Assembly: GCA_032718475.1 (NCBI GenBank)
Contig: JAUCBJ010006234.1
Coordinates: 1 to 33,068 of the forward strand
From: Nemertoderma westbladi
Taxonomy: Eukaryota > Animalia > Xenacoelomorpha
DNA length: 33,068 bases
Reading direction: 5' to 3'
The notes beneath the pieces were generated by a model, which saw nothing but the letters and a program-made list of their open reading frames with translations, had not been told where the DNA came from and did not search any database. Shown here one piece after another: positions 30,597 through 33,068 of the stretch. The number at the start of each line of letters is the position of its first letter. Positions within the stretch are counted from its first letter, which is position 1. The position numbers were made by a program, and so were the translations under genes.

Positions 30597-32763
30597 CAGG
30601 TCTGTAATTACAGGGTTCTACTTTACTATTCTTTTTATACAGAGGAACAACCTTAGCTAATTTCAGTTCGTCTGGTACTACATTATCTACGATAGAGTAA
30701 TTAATAATAAAAGTAATAGGCACTTTAAGTACTTCAGCACCATCCTTAAGAAAACGGGCAGGTATTAGATCTAGACCGGTACTTTTTGAGGCTGATAGGC
30801 TAAGTAGATTTTGTAAAACGAAATCCTCAGAAATGGGTTTTAAAAATAACTTTTCTGAATTTTGTAACTTTTCTAAATAAAAATTATTTAGAGTTTCGGA
30901 CCCTATACTATATTTATTACTTGATAACGGTAATTTCTTAACTAAATTAGAGGCAACATTAGTAAAATAATTATTAAATAAATTACTAACTAGAGTATGA
31001 TCATGAATCAGCTCACCGTTATCTTGCAGAACAATATTCGATTTAGATTTAAGGTTTTTATAACCTAAAGATTTTAGGGTAGACCATAGACTTTTTGGAT
31101 TATCTTTATTCTCACTTATTTTGTTGTACAAATATTCAGATTTAGCTTTTTTTATTTCCCGTTGGACAAGGTTTCTATATTTGCAGTAATTATTATAATC
31201 AGCTAAAACACGGTATTTCCTAAATTTATACAAATAGTTATCTCTTTCTCTGATATTACTAAGAATACCCGAGGTCATCCAGGGCTCAGTGCGTTGTTTA
31301 AGACTAATTTCTTTAATTGGTGCTACAGTATTAAGTGCCTTTAAAAATATATCTTTAAAAACAGTGTACGCAAGGTTAATGTCAGCGGCCTTAAAACAGG
31401 GTTCCCAGTCAGAATTAACTAACAAACTTAAAAAGCGTTCCTTGCTGTAATTTTTCATAGACCTAACTGTTACTGTTTTATGATCCCCGAAAAAAGATTT
31501 TTGTGTCTTTCTTGTGCAAAAAACTATAAAATGATCGCTTAGACCTATAGGTAAAACCCCAGATTGAGAAATAATATCGGTATTATTACAAAGGATGTGA
31601 TCTAGTAAAGTAGAAGTTTTACTGGTAATTCTGGTAGAATCTCGAATAATTTGTTTTAAACCAAACAAATTTAAAATACTTTGGTACTGTTTACAGATGG
31701 GGGATGCTTTGTGATGGTAACAGATATTAAAATCACCTAAGAAATATATTTCACAGTCTGACCTAAGATTACATAAAATTGTATTTTCAAAATTTTGCAA
31801 AAAATCTGATTGTTTAGGGGGCCGATATAAAGTACCGATTAAAATAGGTTTAGTTTTAGGAAGTAAAAGTTCCACCAGTAAAACTTCGTCACAAGTCTCT
31901 AAATCTTCCCTACGATTAAAAGCTAAATCACATCGAATGTAAGTACAGACACCACCACCGTGTCTGTCCCTATCCTTACGTAAAACTACGTAATTATCAA
32001 TATAAATTTCTCCATCAGAAACACTATCATCGAGCCAAGTTTCAGAGATTGTTAAAACTGCTGGGTTGGATTTATTGATTAAAATACGAATTTCGGAAAG
32101 TTTTGGAAGCAGAGATCGTGCGTTTAAGTGCAAAAAATGCAGACCTTTTTTCTTAAAAAAATTAAAAGTTTCACTCTCAGCATCACTTGGAGTTTGCAGA
32201 GGCGATGTGAGAAATGAATCGTCGGTTTCTGATTCTAAAATTGTATCATGAAAGGGAAGTTCGGTAAAAATACAGCTATTGCAGAGAAAACTTGGTTCAA
32301 GATTGTTTCTGGTGGAGAATAAATTACTGCGTTTCCTACGGTAACATTTTAAATGTACAAATGTGTCACAACTCTCGCATTGGACGATCTTACTCCGAGA
32401 GTTTGTTCCTCGTTGACAGACGGGACAGTTGATCTTCGGGGCCCGCGTCCTGCTGGGTCCTGGGTTGGTCTCAATATCCCCAGCCAGAGACAGTAGACAG
32501 AGTTTAGCGATTAGGCCTCTAGATCGTGGAGAGGAGACCCAAGATCTTCTTCCCCGACGAGAGCAGTAGAGGCTAAATCCACTCGTCGACCACATCTCCG
32601 TCGATTCGGCGCGGCAGTTCGAAACGGTAGCGACAGGGTGTTCCGCAAACCAGTCCAATACGGGTATTGGGTGGGTTGCAGGGTTACCCCGCGGATCGGA
32701 TGGTTCTGCCACAACGAAACGACCCAGAACGATGAAAACTGTGGAGATTAAGAGCGGGGACAT
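30597..32763 (-). CDS. LINE ORF N-terminal part: hydrophobic leader, 2A-like motif, PHD finger, APE endonuclease, linker, start of RT
   Basis: 724-aa open frame; GDIETNPGP at aa 95-103; C4HC3 PHD at aa 113-164; APE motifs. Confidence 0.93.
32455..32514 (-). other. 2A-like (StopGo) ribosome-skipping peptide LIAKLCLLSLAGDIETNPG|P
   Basis: Exact D(V/I)ExNPGP consensus with upstream Leu-rich tract. Confidence 0.9.
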
Positions 32764-33068
32764 TGTGCTGTCTGGCTGTAGTCTGACTCAGGGATAAAAA
32801 CTGTATAGGCCTAGTACCGGTATCTTTCTTGGTCTTATTGTCGGCAGGCCTACAGCTTATTATTAAGCTTAGCAGATATCAACAATTTGCGTCGAATTCC
32901 TCCTGGAGAGGGAAGGAATGAATTTCGGAGCCGGAGCCAGAAAATTGGCCCGGAGCTCAGGATTTCCGGAGCCGGAGACGGAACTCTGTCGCATCCCCAG
33001 CTGGAAATGGACATTATCAAAATAGGAACGTTTGCGAAGAATTTTTAATAAAATCACCACAAGAAGTT

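Larger units (their letters stand above)
27041..32800 (-). mobile_element. Near full-length single-ORF CR1-group (L2/Crack-like) LINE, interrupted by two insertions
   Basis: ORF segments 32763-30597, 30099-29685 and 28296-27347 splice together into PHD-APE-RT ([51 protein letters not shown]); 3' GGACCCCCTTGGAAATAAG motif, AATAAA and (CTAT)n tail at 27041-27068; 5' end approximate. Confidence 0.92.
25404..32999. mobile_element. Non-autonomous hAT-like DNA transposon enclosing nested retroelements
   Basis: TIRs TAGGGATGCGACAGAG (25404) and CTCTGTCGCATCCCCA (32984-32999), 15/16 match; flanks GGTGGAAAT and GCTGGAAAT (8/9 match, 9-bp TSD); GGAGCC(C)GGAG subterminal motifs at both ends. Confidence 0.8.

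Overview
Repeat-dense eukaryotic (invertebrate animal) DNA; no prokaryotic, phage or CRISPR content. The ORF track is dominated by spurious satellite ORFs and misses the real spliced host genes. Host genes read from splice signals: (i) four 3' exons of a DEF8-like Rubicon-homology gene on + (19942-25113), ending in an in-frame tandem-repeat tail; (ii) two paralogous-looking small secreted-peptide genes on -. One is complete, with 3 coding exons (14349-10428, 65 aa, RR/KR sites). The other shows only its 69-nt signal-peptide exon (6627-6559), with a Bel/Pao LTR element in the following intron. Mobile DNA: the 3' half of a Bel/Pao element with an extra ORF, structured RNA motifs and a ~2.5-kb LTR carrying a MITE; three RTE 3' fragments; a CRE-like fragment; tRNA-derived SINE-like repeats; two related APE-RT LINEs with 14-bp TSDs; and a nested stack. 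In the stack, a hAT-like non-autonomous element (25404-32999) contains a CR1-group LINE (signal peptide + 2A + PHD + APE + RT), which contains a second LINE and a solo LTR. At least ten unrelated tandem arrays are present (units of 12/13, 19, 21, 22, 24, 25, 30, 32, 34, 46 and 66 bp). All homology calls come from recognising motifs by eye; no database search was run.
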